Of a DNA stretch of 43,019 nt, positions 8,283 to 19,189 are shown one piece after another (positions within the stretch are counted from its first letter, which is position 1; each line of letters starts with the position of its first letter). The notes under the pieces are model-generated. The model worked only from the letters and a program-made list of their open reading frames with translations. It had not been told where the DNA came from and did not search any database. This DNA is from a virus. Taxonomy: Duplodnaviria; Caudoviricetes. A program made the translations under genes and the position numbers. The stretch is from positions 1 through 43,019 of the IMG/VR virus record IMGVR_UViG_3300025287_000138; one strand, given 5' to 3'.

Positions 8283-11200
8283 TCAGTTCCCGGAGACCAG
8301 TGCCATCGGGTTGCCGGTCTCACCCTCCGACAACGCGGTCGCACCATCGATCGTCTTGTTGATCTGACCGCTCGGCAGATGGAACAGGATGCCGCCGGTG
8401 TTGATCATCGACTTGCGCATCGCCTCATCGAATTCACCTTGCGACGCCTGTTGAGCCGCACGCGTGCCATCAGCGAAGAAACGCAAGCCCGCGGGGCCAG
8501 TGTAGCCGAAGTCGTATTCATTAAGCTCTGCACCGGTCAGTGCTTCGGCCACGTTCTGAATCGGCGCATCGAGTTCGCGCAGGCCCACCATTGTGCCGGT
8601 CAGATACGACAGGTGTTCGGAGGCAAGCCCCTCGACCATCGTGCGATCATCATCGTCGTCACCGCCAGAGAACGCCACATCGAGGAAATACCCCATCGCG
8701 GCCGGCAGCGAGTAGAGCAGCAGGTAATCCAGCGCCAAGGCCATCACATCGCCGGGCTTGCGGAAATCGGTTCGCGCGTAGCTCTCCGCGGTCAGGTTGT
8801 ACGTCGTGTTGAAGAACGAATAGAAATTCGTGAACAGCTTGCGCACCGGCCCGCCGCGCTGAATTGCCGAGAGGTCGCCGACCTGACCACCGCCCTGCGC
8901 ATCGCGCACCGCCTGATCGGCGAGGCTGACAGCACGATCATCGTCATTGCCTTGAGCCACAGCCTTTTCGAAAGCGCCCTGCCAAGTAGGCAGATCGATC
9001 GCCAGCTGCGTACGGGTGATCATCAGGAAGAACGAAGCGTTGATGAATTCGCCGGTTTTCGTGCCGCCACGGATCCGGTTGCGGATTTCGTTGATCTCGC
9101 GCTGCATCGTGTACGACCGTTCTCGCATAAACCGCGAACGCTCGTAGACGACACGAGATGTTTCGAAGGGAGCCGCAAAGAACTGTGATGCGCCTCGGGC
9201 GATCCATGGCGCCCCGACGCGGACGATCGATTGCGTGATGCCGAACGGCTGAAGCAGTGCTGTCTTGAGGTTCCAACCCAGACCAGCCACCGTCGCACCC
9301 ATGCGAACGTGATTGATGCCACGCTCCCAGGCATCCTGAGCGGGCGTGTCCCCGGCAGCAACATCTTCGATGCCGCGGCGAAACTGCTCCATCACTTCAG
9401 GCCCGTAATAGTTGAGCATCGCGCTCGACACTTTGGGATGCCGGAGAAGGCGGTTCGCATCGATCAGATATTCATGAAATGCCAGATCGTGGACCACGTC
9501 GGTCAGGCCCTGCGTCACACCCGACATGCTATAGAGCAGTGGTCGGTTCGTTACCCGTTCAGCACGGGACTTGGTGAACGAACGCTGCGTCGTCGCAGCC
9601 GTGAACGAACCGCGCATTTGACGCTCGGCTTCAGCAGCATCGGCTTGCTGTGCCGCATCGAGAGTGCGCTTGCGATCGTATTTGATCGGCCAGTAGCCGC
9701 CCTTGTAGGTTCCGAACTCGGTTTCCACAGGCGTCGGCTCGACCCACTCAGGCTCGACACCGGACACTCGGCGCTCTTTGGCCGCGATCAGCGGGCGGTA
9801 GCTTTCGAACATATCCCAGATCGCTTGCACCGCGTCCATTTGCTCTTTCGTCAGCGATGCCTTGATCTCGTTCAACTGCTCCATCGACCAGCGGAAGCCG
9901 AATTCACCGCGCTCCCCGTCGATTAAGCGCTGCAGGTTGCCCGCGTTACCCATCTGACCAACGATCGCCATGCGCTCTTCAAGATTGAACGACTGATCGA
10001 TGCTGGCGAAATAGATGCCCTTGCCGCCCATCTTCGGTCGACCGAGCGCATCGCGGCCATAGAAGGGCGCAAGGATCTCGAGCAGCCTTTCAGTAGCCTC
10101 CCGGTTCATCTCCGCTTCCTGATCGAAGCGCTCCATCATCGGGCGAATAAGGTTGTCCCACACGGGACCGCCATCTTGCACGCTGTCCATTTCGCGTGCC
10201 AGGCTGGCCATCTTGCGGTGCATCGCCTTGAAGGATTTGAACGCCGATGCGGCCCGGTGTCCGAATGTCTCGCGGGTGCGCGTCGGCTTCGGACCCTTCT
10301 TGCTGGCGATGATGCCTTGCTCCATCTCGGTCGCCGCCTGCTCGACTTCACGATCTTTCTTCGCGGTCAGGAGCTTCGACTTCATGCGCCCAAGGGCCGC
10401 AATCTGCTTCACTGCGTCATCAAGGAGCGTCAACTCGTCGACAGTGAGGCGCGACCAGTTCTTTGTGTCGATTTCGTTCAGAACGCGCTCTGGCAGTTCG
10501 ACGGTGCGCCCTTCCGCTTCCTCACCGGCGATCCATTCTCGCAGGGAATTGCGCCGATCGATACCGCGCTGAGAGACGCGCTTGAATTCCACGCCTTCGA
10601 GAAGCGTGTGAATGCGGTCGAGATAGTCCAGGGGGAGGGTCTTAGCCTTCGTCTGTTTGGCGAACTTACCCAGGCGACGGACCGCGACATCGACCTGGTC
10701 GGAAGCTTCAGCAGCCTCGCGCGCCAAGGCGTTGTGCAGCAGTTCGGTTTGCTTGTGCCGAAATGCCGCATCCATGTCGCCAGCCAGAATCGCCGCCTGC
10801 GCATCGCGAGCCGCCTTCGCCGCAGTTCGCGTGTGACGGTGCTGCGCCGCGCCCGAGATCATATCCGCGATCACGCCTTGCTCTATCCGTCCGCGTGCCC
10901 ACTCGCGCGCCATGCGATAAGGCGTCGGCTTGCGATTGGACTTCGATGCGAGCGCGCGCAGTTCCAGTTCCAGCTTTTCGCCGAGCCTGTCATTCTGCAC
11001 GGCAGCACTGGCCTCGCGCTCGATTGTGCCGTCAGCTAGCGGATCACCGAAGCGCCGGTTCATTTCGGCATTCACTTCTTGCGCGATTATGGCCTCACGC
11101 ACAGGCCGCTTATCACCCCCTTCCTTCATGCTACGGCGCCGCGCCTCAAGGCCTATGAGTTCACGCACCAGTTGATCGCCCGACGAGAACCCGGTCAGTT

Positions 11201-14200
11201 CCGCCATCGCATCGGGATTTGTGCCGCCCTGCTTCCACACAGGCGTGCCGGCCGGAAGTATGCCGAAGACATCTTCGCCGAATTTTTCTTGCAGCCATGC
11301 CTTGTCGAGGCGGGGGCCACCCTTCGTTCGCAGCAGTTTGAGGGACGCGAACAGAGGGCGACCGTCGACTTGCTGCTCGACTTCGGAACGAACAACGTTT
11401 TCCTGTTCGCGCCACTGCTTCTGCTCGCGCGCCCGGATCGAACGCATCACTTTGCCGGTAAGTTGTTCTTCAGCTTCCGAGCGCACTTGCTCACCGAGCT
11501 CTGCGTAGCGGCGAGCATCGGGCTCCGACATGCCCGCAGCGATAGCATCATCGAACTGCAGGTAGGCGGCGCGCGCCTCAGCAGCCTGGGCAATCTCACT
11601 TTCGGTTGCGAGCATACGGTCCATGACTTCACGAATCTCAGGCGTGATCGGCGTGTTGAGTTTGGCGACGGCCCGGTAGATGCGCTTCAGCCACCGCGAG
11701 AACTTGCGAAAGGCCGACTGTAGCCGAGTGGTCGGCGCCTTGCCCTCCATCAGGTATTGCTCCCAAGCCCGGGCGAACATCTCGTGTGCCTCGGTCGGGA
11801 TCGTATCACCCTCCACGGGATGGCCATTGTCCTTGAACCACGCCTTTATCGCTTCGACATCGGCGAAGGTCTGGCGCGCGGATTCATTGCCATCCGTCTC
11901 GATCGATTGCCGACCATTGGCGAACATCCGCTCAAGCCAGAAGTGCGCCATCTCATGCTGGAAAGTTGAGGCGTTTGCGCTTTCGAACAGGCGGATCAAG
12001 GCGGTGCCATCTTCGCCGAACTGGATATTTCCAAGCGGGCTGTCAGCATCAATGCGCTGATCCAACGCCCTCCCGCCATCGAACCGGTCAACTGCAGCGC
12101 GAATGTCCGACATCGAAGCGGTGTCAGGATCGAGCCCGGCAGATGCCAGCAGATCGCGCAACTCAGCACCAGCCTGCCGCATCTGATCGACGCGTGTTTC
12201 TGCATACACAGGCGAGCCCGAGAGTTCCTGCCCGATCGCGTCAAGCAGTGCCTGCGTGTCGAGCGTCGACGGTCCCGCCTCACCTTCCACGCCCTGCAGT
12301 TCAGGGAAAAACCCCGCTTCGATTGCCGCGCGCAAGGTCGTGTCGATACCATAGTCACCGGCACCGGAAATGCCGCCAAGCGTGCCCTGGTCTGGATTGG
12401 TTTCGCGGATCAAACGTGCAGGCATACCCATGGACGCCAGATCACCACCGGGATCATTGATGCCACCATGCTCGCGAATGAACTCCATGAGCGTGGCTCC
12501 GACACCGATATCCGCATCGCCACCTCCACGCATAGCGTTGACGATGACGTCCAGCGTGTCCGCGGCTTCAGGATCGGCAACCAGACCAGGGAGAACCCGC
12601 TGCACCGAGACGGCCTTTTCGAACTCGCGACCGGTCAATTCATAGCCAAGGTTGGCAGCTTCAGTTTCGAACAGCGCCGCCGATACTTCCGCATTTGCCG
12701 CGGCCTGATCGGGGTCCATCCCCGAGGTCATTAGCCGATCGCGGATAGATGCCCGTAAACGTTCACCCGGCGCCGCAGCAGCCCGCGCTTGCCGTTCGGC
12801 GACATCGAGATTTTCACCAGTCTCGCGCCGAATGGTTTCCCATTCAACTTCCGCCGCTTCGATTTCGTTCATCGTCAGCGCACCGGGAGCGGCACGGACG
12901 TCTCCCTTGATCGCTTCCCAATCAGGACGACCAGACAGTTCCGCAGCAGCACGTGACACTGGAATAGCCACATCCCCGCCGGTCAGCAGTGCATCGTCGA
13001 TCTCTTCGGCGAACTGCCCCCAGAACTCGTCTTCGGCATAGTCTTGGTTGAGCGAGCGGATCGTCTCGCCTGAGACATACAGGTTCCCATCCGATTCCGA
13101 ACCGGCCAAACTTTCGATCAAAGTGCGGAAACTCTCCGGATCGCGCTGACGGACCTGACTCTCTGCCGAGCGCTGCATCAAACGGTCGACGGCTTCGATG
13201 GAACGGGCGGAGCGGGCAACCTCTACCGTCGAGCGGATACCCCCACCGATCCCAGCACCAGCCACCGCTCCGGCGACGCCCTGATCGAAGGCGGTTGCGA
13301 CATCGAAACCGGCCTGCGTCCCGAGCGCGCCACCTGTGTATTCCAGTGTCGATTGCAGGAACTCGGTTCCGGCTTCGCCAGCAGCAGCCCGGCCGATACG
13401 CGTGCCGATCGATGTGCCGGCACCTCCAAATATGCCCTTGAACCCGAGGCGGTCAAGCGCTGCCGTGCCGAAGCCGAAGCCGGTCGACAAAGCAATGTCG
13501 CGACCCGTCACATCGTTGCGGCCGTTGTTCTGTGCCCGCTGTGCGGCAATGTTACCGGTCTGCGACGTGCCGATAATACCCAGCCCGGCATAGGGAATAG
13601 CCAGCGCCGTCATGGCGGGGAGGCTTTCTGCGCCAGCGTCGATCACATAGCCACCGATGTTCGCCAGCGACGGCTTGTTCTTCACCGCCTCCCACGTTGT
13701 TTGTCCCGCCACCTCTCGCCCGGTTGTTCCCCGTGACAGGGTGCGAGCGGCATCGCGGGCTGCAGTCGAACCGGTTGTACCGGCGATGAAGTTGTAGATG
13801 CCTTCGTCGACTGCGGCACCGCCTCGTTCGATCAGCGAGCCCATGCGATCAAAGAACCCGGCTTCTTGAGACGCGTCGGAAGCGAACACCCCGCGCCGAG
13901 CATTGTTGAATATCTGGCGGGAAGTGCCGCTATTGCGCAGCCACCCGGTTACCGTGTCGCCGATGCTTTCGAGAATGCCGACATCATCCTGAGCAAGTGC
14001 GGCATTACGCTGATCGCCAAGCCATTCACCGAGTGGAGCATTGCGAGCAGCAGCATCGCGAGCCTGCTTAACCCGGCGATATTGCGTCATCGCGTCGTAG
14101 TTCTGTTCGACCACCTGCGGAGGCTGGCCGACATCGCGGGCAAGTCGGTTTGCGTCGGCGGTGCGCTGCGGATTTGCAGGCTGAGCTATGGATGCCGCAG

Positions 14201-14288
14201 CACGCGCCTGCCTTGCCGTCTCCCGCTCGCGTTCAATCCTCGCACGTTCTTCGGCGAGGAATTGCTCTTCAAGGGTGGGCAGAGGCAT
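8283..14288 (-). CDS. Large internal virion (DNA ejection) protein, T7 gp16 position
   Basis: 2001 aa, helical, last of the internal virion genes; contains STFQHEMAH (HExxH). Confidence 0.8.
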   Translation of the reverse strand: MPLPTLEEQFLAEERARIERERETARQARAAASIAQPANPQRTADANRLARDVGQPPQVVEQNYDAMTQYRRVKQARDAAARNAPLGEWLGDQRNAALAQDDVGILESIGDTVTGWLRNSGTSRQIFNNARRGVFASDASQEAGFFDRMGSLIERGGAAVDEGIYNFIAGTTGSTAARDAARTLSRGTTGREVAGQTTWEAVKNKPSLANIGGYVIDAGAESLPAMTALAIPYAGLGIIGTSQTGNIAAQRAQNNGRNDVTGRDIALSTGFGFGTAALDRLGFKGIFGGAGTSIGTRIGRAAAGEAGTEFLQSTLEYTGGALGTQAGFDVATAFDQGVAGAVAGAGIGGGIRSTVEVARSARSIEAVDRLMQRSAESQVRQRDPESFRTLIESLAGSESDGNLYVSGETIRSLNQDYAEDEFWGQFAEEIDDALLTGGDVAIPVSRAAAELSGRPDWEAIKGDVRAAPGALTMNEIEAAEVEWETIRRETGENLDVAERQARAAAAPGERLRASIRDRLMTSGMDPDQAAANAEVSAALFETEAANLGYELTGREFEKAVSVQRVLPGLVADPEAADTLDVIVNAMRGGGDADIGVGATLMEFIREHGGINDPGGDLASMGMPARLIRETNPDQGTLGGISGAGDYGIDTTLRAAIEAGFFPELQGVEGEAGPSTLDTQALLDAIGQELSGSPVYAETRVDQMRQAGAELRDLLASAGLDPDTASMSDIRAAVDRFDGGRALDQRIDADSPLGNIQFGEDGTALIRLFESANASTFQHEMAHFWLERMFANGRQSIETDGNESARQTFADVEAIKAWFKDNGHPVEGDTIPTEAHEMFARAWEQYLMEGKAPTTRLQSAFRKFSRWLKRIYRAVAKLNTPITPEIREVMDRMLATESEIAQAAEARAAYLQFDDAIAAGMSEPDARRYAELGEQVRSEAEEQLTGKVMRSIRAREQKQWREQENVVRSEVEQQVDGRPLFASLKLLRTKGGPRLDKAWLQEKFGEDVFGILPAGTPVWKQGGTNPDAMAELTGFSSGDQLVRELIGLEARRRSMKEGGDKRPVREAIIAQEVNAEMNRRFGDPLADGTIEREASAAVQNDRLGEKLELELRALASKSNRKPTPYRMAREWARGRIEQGVIADMISGAAQHRHTRTAAKAARDAQAAILAGDMDAAFRHKQTELLHNALAREAAEASDQVDVAVRRLGKFAKQTKAKTLPLDYLDRIHTLLEGVEFKRVSQRGIDRRNSLREWIAGEEAEGRTVELPERVLNEIDTKNWSRLTVDELTLLDDAVKQIAALGRMKSKLLTAKKDREVEQAATEMEQGIIASKKGPKPTRTRETFGHRAASAFKSFKAMHRKMASLAREMDSVQDGGPVWDNLIRPMMERFDQEAEMNREATERLLEILAPFYGRDALGRPKMGGKGIYFASIDQSFNLEERMAIVGQMGNAGNLQRLIDGERGEFGFRWSMEQLNEIKASLTKEQMDAVQAIWDMFESYRPLIAAKERRVSGVEPEWVEPTPVETEFGTYKGGYWPIKYDRKRTLDAAQQADAAEAERQMRGSFTAATTQRSFTKSRAERVTNRPLLYSMSGVTQGLTDVVHDLAFHEYLIDANRLLRHPKVSSAMLNYYGPEVMEQFRRGIEDVAAGDTPAQDAWERGINHVRMGATVAGLGWNLKTALLQPFGITQSIVRVGAPWIARGASQFFAAPFETSRVVYERSRFMRERSYTMQREINEIRNRIRGGTKTGEFINASFFLMITRTQLAIDLPTWQGAFEKAVAQGNDDDRAVSLADQAVRDAQGGGQVGDLSAIQRGGPVRKLFTNFYSFFNTTYNLTAESYARTDFRKPGDVMALALDYLLLYSLPAAMGYFLDVAFSGGDDDDDRTMVEGLASEHLSYLTGTMVGLRELDAPIQNVAEALTGAELNEYDFGYTGPAGLRFFADGTRAAQQASQGEFDEAMRKSMINTGGILFHLPSGQINKTIDGATALSEGETGNPMALVSGN

Positions 14289-16487
14289 CTATTTGAATGT
14301 CCATTCGAGGTTTCGCGCGCGAGCCCGCTCGTAGATTTCGAACCTCTTAGCCTCGCTCACATTCGGGAAGTTACGGTCGAGGTACGCGCGGGCACCTGAG
14401 GGGATGGCATCACCGGTTCGCGCGTATTGCTGGCCGGGTTGAAGTTCGAAGCGGTAGATACGGTCGTCACGGAATATGCCAGTGCCGGGCAATTTGACCT
14501 TCTGGGTCTGCTCAACTGCGATCGACCGAACGGTTTCCTTGTCGAGCTTGTCGGCAGGGTATTCCAGCATCTCGGCTTCGATAGCTCCGCGCAGCCGTGC
14601 CCATTCCTCAGGCTTTTTGTCCCGGTCGATGTCGAGAATTTCCGCGGCCTGGTTGGTCGCGCTCACCACCTTGTCGGCGCTCACCACGGAACCCGGCGAC
14701 GACTGAAGCTGCTTCTGCTTGCGAATTTTGCGGGCCAGCACCAGCGGATCGGCTCGGCCTGTGTAGAGCGACAGGTTCGTCGAAAGCAGCTCATCGTCGG
14801 ACATGCTTTCGAGTTCGATCAGCGCGGCCCGTTCGACACGCTCAACACGCGCTGCGGCCTCTTCACTCTCCCGCGCCTGTATGCGCGAGTTCGCAGCCTG
14901 CACGCGCTGCTGAAGCGACGCAATCAGGTTTGGAGAAGCGCCGGCCAATACAGAGGCGGGCACTTGGCCGATCGATGTGAGGTCATCGGCATTCGGTGCG
15001 TTTTCGACCAGCCACGATGTCACGCGGCGGTCTACGTCGGCTTCGGCCTGAGCGCGTTCGGCGCGGCCATCGGCGACAGCGCGATCAGCAGAGGCGTAGA
15101 GAGCCTGCTTGCGCTGTTCGGAAATGCCTGGGTTAGCTGCGACATAGGCGTCGACAGCCGAGCGCATGGAAGCAGTCGACAGGCGAGGATCGGCAGGAAT
15201 GCCGGGCGTCCCGGGATCGCCAGTGTAGAACGAACGGGCATGTTCCTGCCGACGCGAACGATGCGCACCGGACGAGCGCTCATAATGACGGTCGATGAGG
15301 TCGGCGGCTTCTTCGGGAGTGCGCGCGGCCAAGATTGCATCGCGCTGTGCAACCGTCATACCCGCAGTCTGAGGATTGTTCATTTCCCAGACGACGAACT
15401 TGGCTTGTTCTGCGTGCGTGGCTTGGTGCGGTTCCTTACCGAACTGGCGGCGGAAGTTCTCACGACGATCATGGCGCCATTGCGCAATCCCCGATGCTGT
15501 GCCGCTATCACCGAGCGCGCCGCCATACCCACCTTCGACTTCGAAGTTGCCGAGGAAGCCCGCGACGACCGCCGCTGAGTATCCGGCGCCTGCCAATTCA
15601 CCCGCTACTCCACCACGAGCGCCAGCTGCTACCGCAGGACCATCGCCAGCGACATCGGGCGAAACCCCCGGCAAATACTGCGCAAGCTCACCAGCGCGCA
15701 CGATGCCATCAGCCCATGCGCTATCAACCCGAGGTGTCAGCGAGTTGCGCAACTTCGCCTCCATCTCCGGGCCAACCAGATCCTTGTTAGCATCGAGATA
15801 GGCGAGCGCTGCTGTCGGCTCGCCGTCCTCACTATCCATCGCGAGCACCACCTGCCCGTGCACGCCCTGGATCATGGCGTCGCGCTCTTCGGCCAGCTTT
15901 TCAGGCGACCAGCCCATATCAGCAGCCATCTGTTCGAGGGCCATGTCGGCCACGCCTACCTGCACCGCGAACTGATCGGTCCCGCGCGCATCGACCGCAT
16001 CGGTCAGTGCCATCGTCATTTGAGCCTGACGCTGTTCGGTGCGGGCCACGCGCATCTGCCCAACCGCGTGATTGGCGATCGAGGTATGTGCTGTATCGAT
16101 TTTGTTGATGAGAGCGCGCTGCGCCATATCGCGAGCACGTTTCGACCTCGCGCCCTTCAGAAGGTTCTCGGAGGCGGTTTCCAGATCCTTGACCGCTGAC
16201 TCGCGACCTTCTCCGGCATTGAAGCCCTGCGTCGAGAGGTAAGCGTTTTTGCCGGTCTTCAGCCGATCACGCTCATACGACGAGAATTCGTTTGCGATCC
16301 GAAGGGCATCTGCTTCGTCGTATGTGGCTTCGATCTCATCCCAATCGCGCGCTGCCTGGCCAAGGGCCTGCCCACCTTCCTGCAGGGCACGGCCCATGTA
16401 ATTGCGGCCTTCAGCATATTGGAGGCGAGCATTCGGTTGGGCCTGGACTTGAACAGAGCGGCCGGGAGTGACGGGAACCTGCACCAT
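14289..16487 (-). CDS. Internal virion protein with phage tail-tip lysozyme domain
   Basis: AGFLGNFEVEG...GDSGTASGIAQW...R lysozyme-like motif; gp15 position. Confidence 0.82.
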   Translation of the reverse strand: MVQVPVTPGRSVQVQAQPNARLQYAEGRNYMGRALQEGGQALGQAARDWDEIEATYDEADALRIANEFSSYERDRLKTGKNAYLSTQGFNAGEGRESAVKDLETASENLLKGARSKRARDMAQRALINKIDTAHTSIANHAVGQMRVARTEQRQAQMTMALTDAVDARGTDQFAVQVGVADMALEQMAADMGWSPEKLAEERDAMIQGVHGQVVLAMDSEDGEPTAALAYLDANKDLVGPEMEAKLRNSLTPRVDSAWADGIVRAGELAQYLPGVSPDVAGDGPAVAAGARGGVAGELAGAGYSAAVVAGFLGNFEVEGGYGGALGDSGTASGIAQWRHDRRENFRRQFGKEPHQATHAEQAKFVVWEMNNPQTAGMTVAQRDAILAARTPEEAADLIDRHYERSSGAHRSRRQEHARSFYTGDPGTPGIPADPRLSTASMRSAVDAYVAANPGISEQRKQALYASADRAVADGRAERAQAEADVDRRVTSWLVENAPNADDLTSIGQVPASVLAGASPNLIASLQQRVQAANSRIQARESEEAAARVERVERAALIELESMSDDELLSTNLSLYTGRADPLVLARKIRKQKQLQSSPGSVVSADKVVSATNQAAEILDIDRDKKPEEWARLRGAIEAEMLEYPADKLDKETVRSIAVEQTQKVKLPGTGIFRDDRIYRFELQPGQQYARTGDAIPSGARAYLDRNFPNVSEAKRFEIYERARARNLEWTFK

Positions 16488-16984
16488 CAGCCGCGAGCCT
16501 TGAATTTGGCGTATTGCGTGGCACCGCCGAGGAACGTCGATGCGACCGAGAACATGCCAGCGGTTTTTGCCTGCCGCGCTTCAGCCTTCGCCGTTCGGCT
16601 CTCGCTTTCGTAATTCCATGCGCTGATCTGCTGCGACTTCACCTGCCTGCGGATGTTCTCGGACAGCGCTTCGCTATCTTCACGACCGATCATGCGTGTG
16701 TCGTCGAGTAGCCGGGCAGCCGACCCTTGCGTGATGTCGACGTTGTTCCCCGCCAGGCGCGCTTCCTGTGCTCCAATCCGACCGGCTACTTCGCGCCCAA
16801 GCTGCCGCTGCTGCTCTTGCCCCTGTGCGATGGCATCTTCCGCGCCTTCACGCTCGATAGCCTTGTTCTGCTGAGCGACTTGCGAACGGTAACGTGCCGT
16901 GCGCGACGCATAGAGCGCCGACTGCCATTGGCCCGCCGCAGTCAGGGCAGTCGAGGCTACGACAAGAATGGCAGGGTTACACAC
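16487..16984 (-). CDS. Internal virion protein (T7 gp14-like)
   Basis: MCNP start with hydrophobic N-terminus, Q/A-rich; synteny. Confidence 0.75.
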   Translation of the reverse strand: MCNPAILVVASTALTAAGQWQSALYASRTARYRSQVAQQNKAIEREGAEDAIAQGQEQQRQLGREVAGRIGAQEARLAGNNVDITQGSAARLLDDTRMIGREDSEALSENIRRQVKSQQISAWNYESESRTAKAEARQAKTAGMFSVASTFLGGATQYAKFKARG

Positions 16985-17417
16985 TGGCGAACCTCAGGAA
17001 TGACACGTCGCCAATCTGGACAGCGTCCTCGCAAATCTCAAAACCTGCCCAGCGCAGAAACCGGATCGCGCGCATGTTGTCGGCATCGACTACGTTTTCG
17101 AGGCGAGAAAAGGTCTCGCGCATCTCTGCGAACACTGGCGGCGATAGGGAAAGCAGAGCGCGACCGCAGTTATATGCTCGCTCAGTCCCGAGCATCCATG
17201 GCACGCCGACGCCTTCCACCATCGACCGGGGGGCGACGCCGAGCATAGCGACGGGCTCATCCTCCACCGCAGTTAGTGCCCAGAGCGACGCGCGCAGTCC
17301 CGCTTCCAATGCCGAGTGCGGTGATCGCCCTAACGCGGTGACTTCGCGCACGTCAGCACCGCGCATATTCGCTGCAAGATGTGGGATGTGGTCGACCGAA
17401 GCCGGGATCAGTTTCAC
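16977..17417 (-). CDS. GNAT-fold virion assembly protein (T7 gp13-like)
   Basis: MRGADVREV...PWMLGT...LENVVDADNMRAIRFLRWAGF motif; synteny. Confidence 0.8.
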   Translation of the reverse strand: MKLIPASVDHIPHLAANMRGADVREVTALGRSPHSALEAGLRASLWALTAVEDEPVAMLGVAPRSMVEGVGVPWMLGTERAYNCGRALLSLSPPVFAEMRETFSRLENVVDADNMRAIRFLRWAGFEICEDAVQIGDVSFLRFASV

Positions 17418-19189
17418 CCGCGGCCCTTCGCTTCGACCCCGTAATGCACTGCCGTCACGATCAGCGGATATGGCGACGTCTGCTTGACGATGATGGTCGC
17501 CTCGCGATCGACAACCTGGTCGGGCCGGGCAGGCGCAGGAACACCGGTGAAGGGCAGGGGTGGGCCGATGTACCCTTCAGGACGCGTGGTGATAAGCTCA
17601 AGCTCGTCTTCGTGCCGCCCCGCATAGACGTCAAAGCTGTCGATCATCTCGACATAAATCTCGCCCGTGATCTTCTTGTTCGGTTCGGGCGGCAGCGGCA
17701 TCGTCTCGATGATAGCGTCGAAAGGCAGGCCGATGACGAACTTCGAAGCGGGTTCGGCGACCTCGATCGCACCATCAGTCACGACCGCAGTAGTCGAGTA
17801 GCCATCTGCGAGGATACCGACCGTTTCGCCTTCGAGATGTTGAAGCCCGATAACTTCGGTCGTCGGGTCTTCGAACTGGTATATGCGTGAAGCGTCGAGG
17901 TGTGAGGCCAGTTGGTAATCGGTCCACTTGATGCGGTTCAGTATTTCCACATAGCGCACAGTCTCGCCATTGATCTCGCGCTCGACGACAAAATATACCC
18001 TCGACTCTTCGCCTTCAGGGATAGCCACAACATCCAAAGCCTTGCCGCCTAGATCGATCTCGGTGAACCCCCAAACTTGCTGTTCCGATTCCCATGTGAA
18101 CGCCAGTACATCGCCATCGTCCATCACGATCCAGATGACCGAGACAGGCTCAGCCTGGTATGCCCACCGCCGAATACGACGGTTCTGGAACAGGTGCGGA
18201 GCGAAGATTGATACATCGCTCGACTTGTAGCCATCAATCTCGAAGGCAAAGCCAATGGCGCGGACGCCGGTTTCGACGCGTGGTTGATAGAACGCGCTTT
18301 CCCCGATCATCACCGGCTTAGGCTGCGCAATCCCGCGGCCAACGTGACGCTTGGCGCCAGGTGGCGGTGTGGGAACAAGGATGCCGTCATTGGGGCCGAA
18401 CAGCGAGAAGATGTTATCGCTCGTGCCAATCAGCAGGCGGTCAAGCGGCAGGATCGCTTCGATGACATTGCTCTCGCCTGTCGAGATAGCCATCGCGATG
18501 CTGTCGTTTTCACGCTGCGGACGCGCAAAGTCCATATTCTCGAACTCGGCCGTGCGCGACGCGAACACGGCGTTCGGATTATTTCGTGTCCGACCGAACC
18601 ACAGCCGCTGTTCCCAAAAGCCAAGGCGGGCAGGGTAGTTGCCGGACGTAGCGAAGGGGGAATATGCTTCGATCGGCGCGTCGGCGTAGTCGGGCTGGAA
18701 CCCGTCATCGACGAATGAGGTCGATGTCGTTTCGCCTATGAAACCGAAGCTGCCGCTCTCATGTGCCTTGTAGACCCGGTAATAATCGACAGACCCCGCA
18801 GGTGCCGTCCAGGACACTGTCGTGTAATTGCGCGGAAGCTCTGTGTCATTGGTCGCGCTCGCGGCAGAAGATCGGCGACTTTCCTGTCCGTCATCGTTCA
18901 CTGCCGAGACGACGTACCGGTAATCCTGCGGGAAGTATCCATCACCGGAGTTCGCGGTATCGGTGTTTGCCACCGTGGCCACCGCGCTGACACTGGACGG
19001 TGCCGAGATACCCGGCGAAAACGTCACATAGGAAAATACCCAATCGTCGTGGTCGTTGCGGACCATCTTGGCGGGCTTGTAATACTCGTGCGCAAGATAG
19101 ATCGTGTCGAACGACTGCACGAAATCGAGATCGGCGAGTTCGCTTGCATTGTAGGGCGTTGCGACTTTGTAGAGCGGATAGACAGCCAT
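17414..19189 (-). CDS. Tail tubular protein B / nozzle, C-terminal part
   Basis: DFVQSFDTIYLAH, YPARLGFWEQRLWF, GLQHLEGETV, IGLPF motifs of gp12-like proteins. Confidence 0.82.
   Translation of the reverse strand: MAVYPLYKVATPYNASELADLDFVQSFDTIYLAHEYYKPAKMVRNDHDDWVFSYVTFSPGISAPSSVSAVATVANTDTANSGDGYFPQDYRYVVSAVNDDGQESRRSSAASATNDTELPRNYTTVSWTAPAGSVDYYRVYKAHESGSFGFIGETTSTSFVDDGFQPDYADAPIEAYSPFATSGNYPARLGFWEQRLWFGRTRNNPNAVFASRTAEFENMDFARPQRENDSIAMAISTGESNVIEAILPLDRLLIGTSDNIFSLFGPNDGILVPTPPPGAKRHVGRGIAQPKPVMIGESAFYQPRVETGVRAIGFAFEIDGYKSSDVSIFAPHLFQNRRIRRWAYQAEPVSVIWIVMDDGDVLAFTWESEQQVWGFTEIDLGGKALDVVAIPEGEESRVYFVVEREINGETVRYVEILNRIKWTDYQLASHLDASRIYQFEDPTTEVIGLQHLEGETVGILADGYSTTAVVTDGAIEVAEPASKFVIGLPFDAIIETMPLPPEPNKKITGEIYVEMIDSFDVYAGRHEDELELITTRPEGYIGPPLPFTGVPAPARPDQVVDREATIIVKQTSPYPLIVTAVHYGVEAKGRG

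Noticed and set aside
8379-16199. Many long plus-strand ORFs opposite the virion genes
   Set aside because: Shadow frames of GC-rich coding sequence
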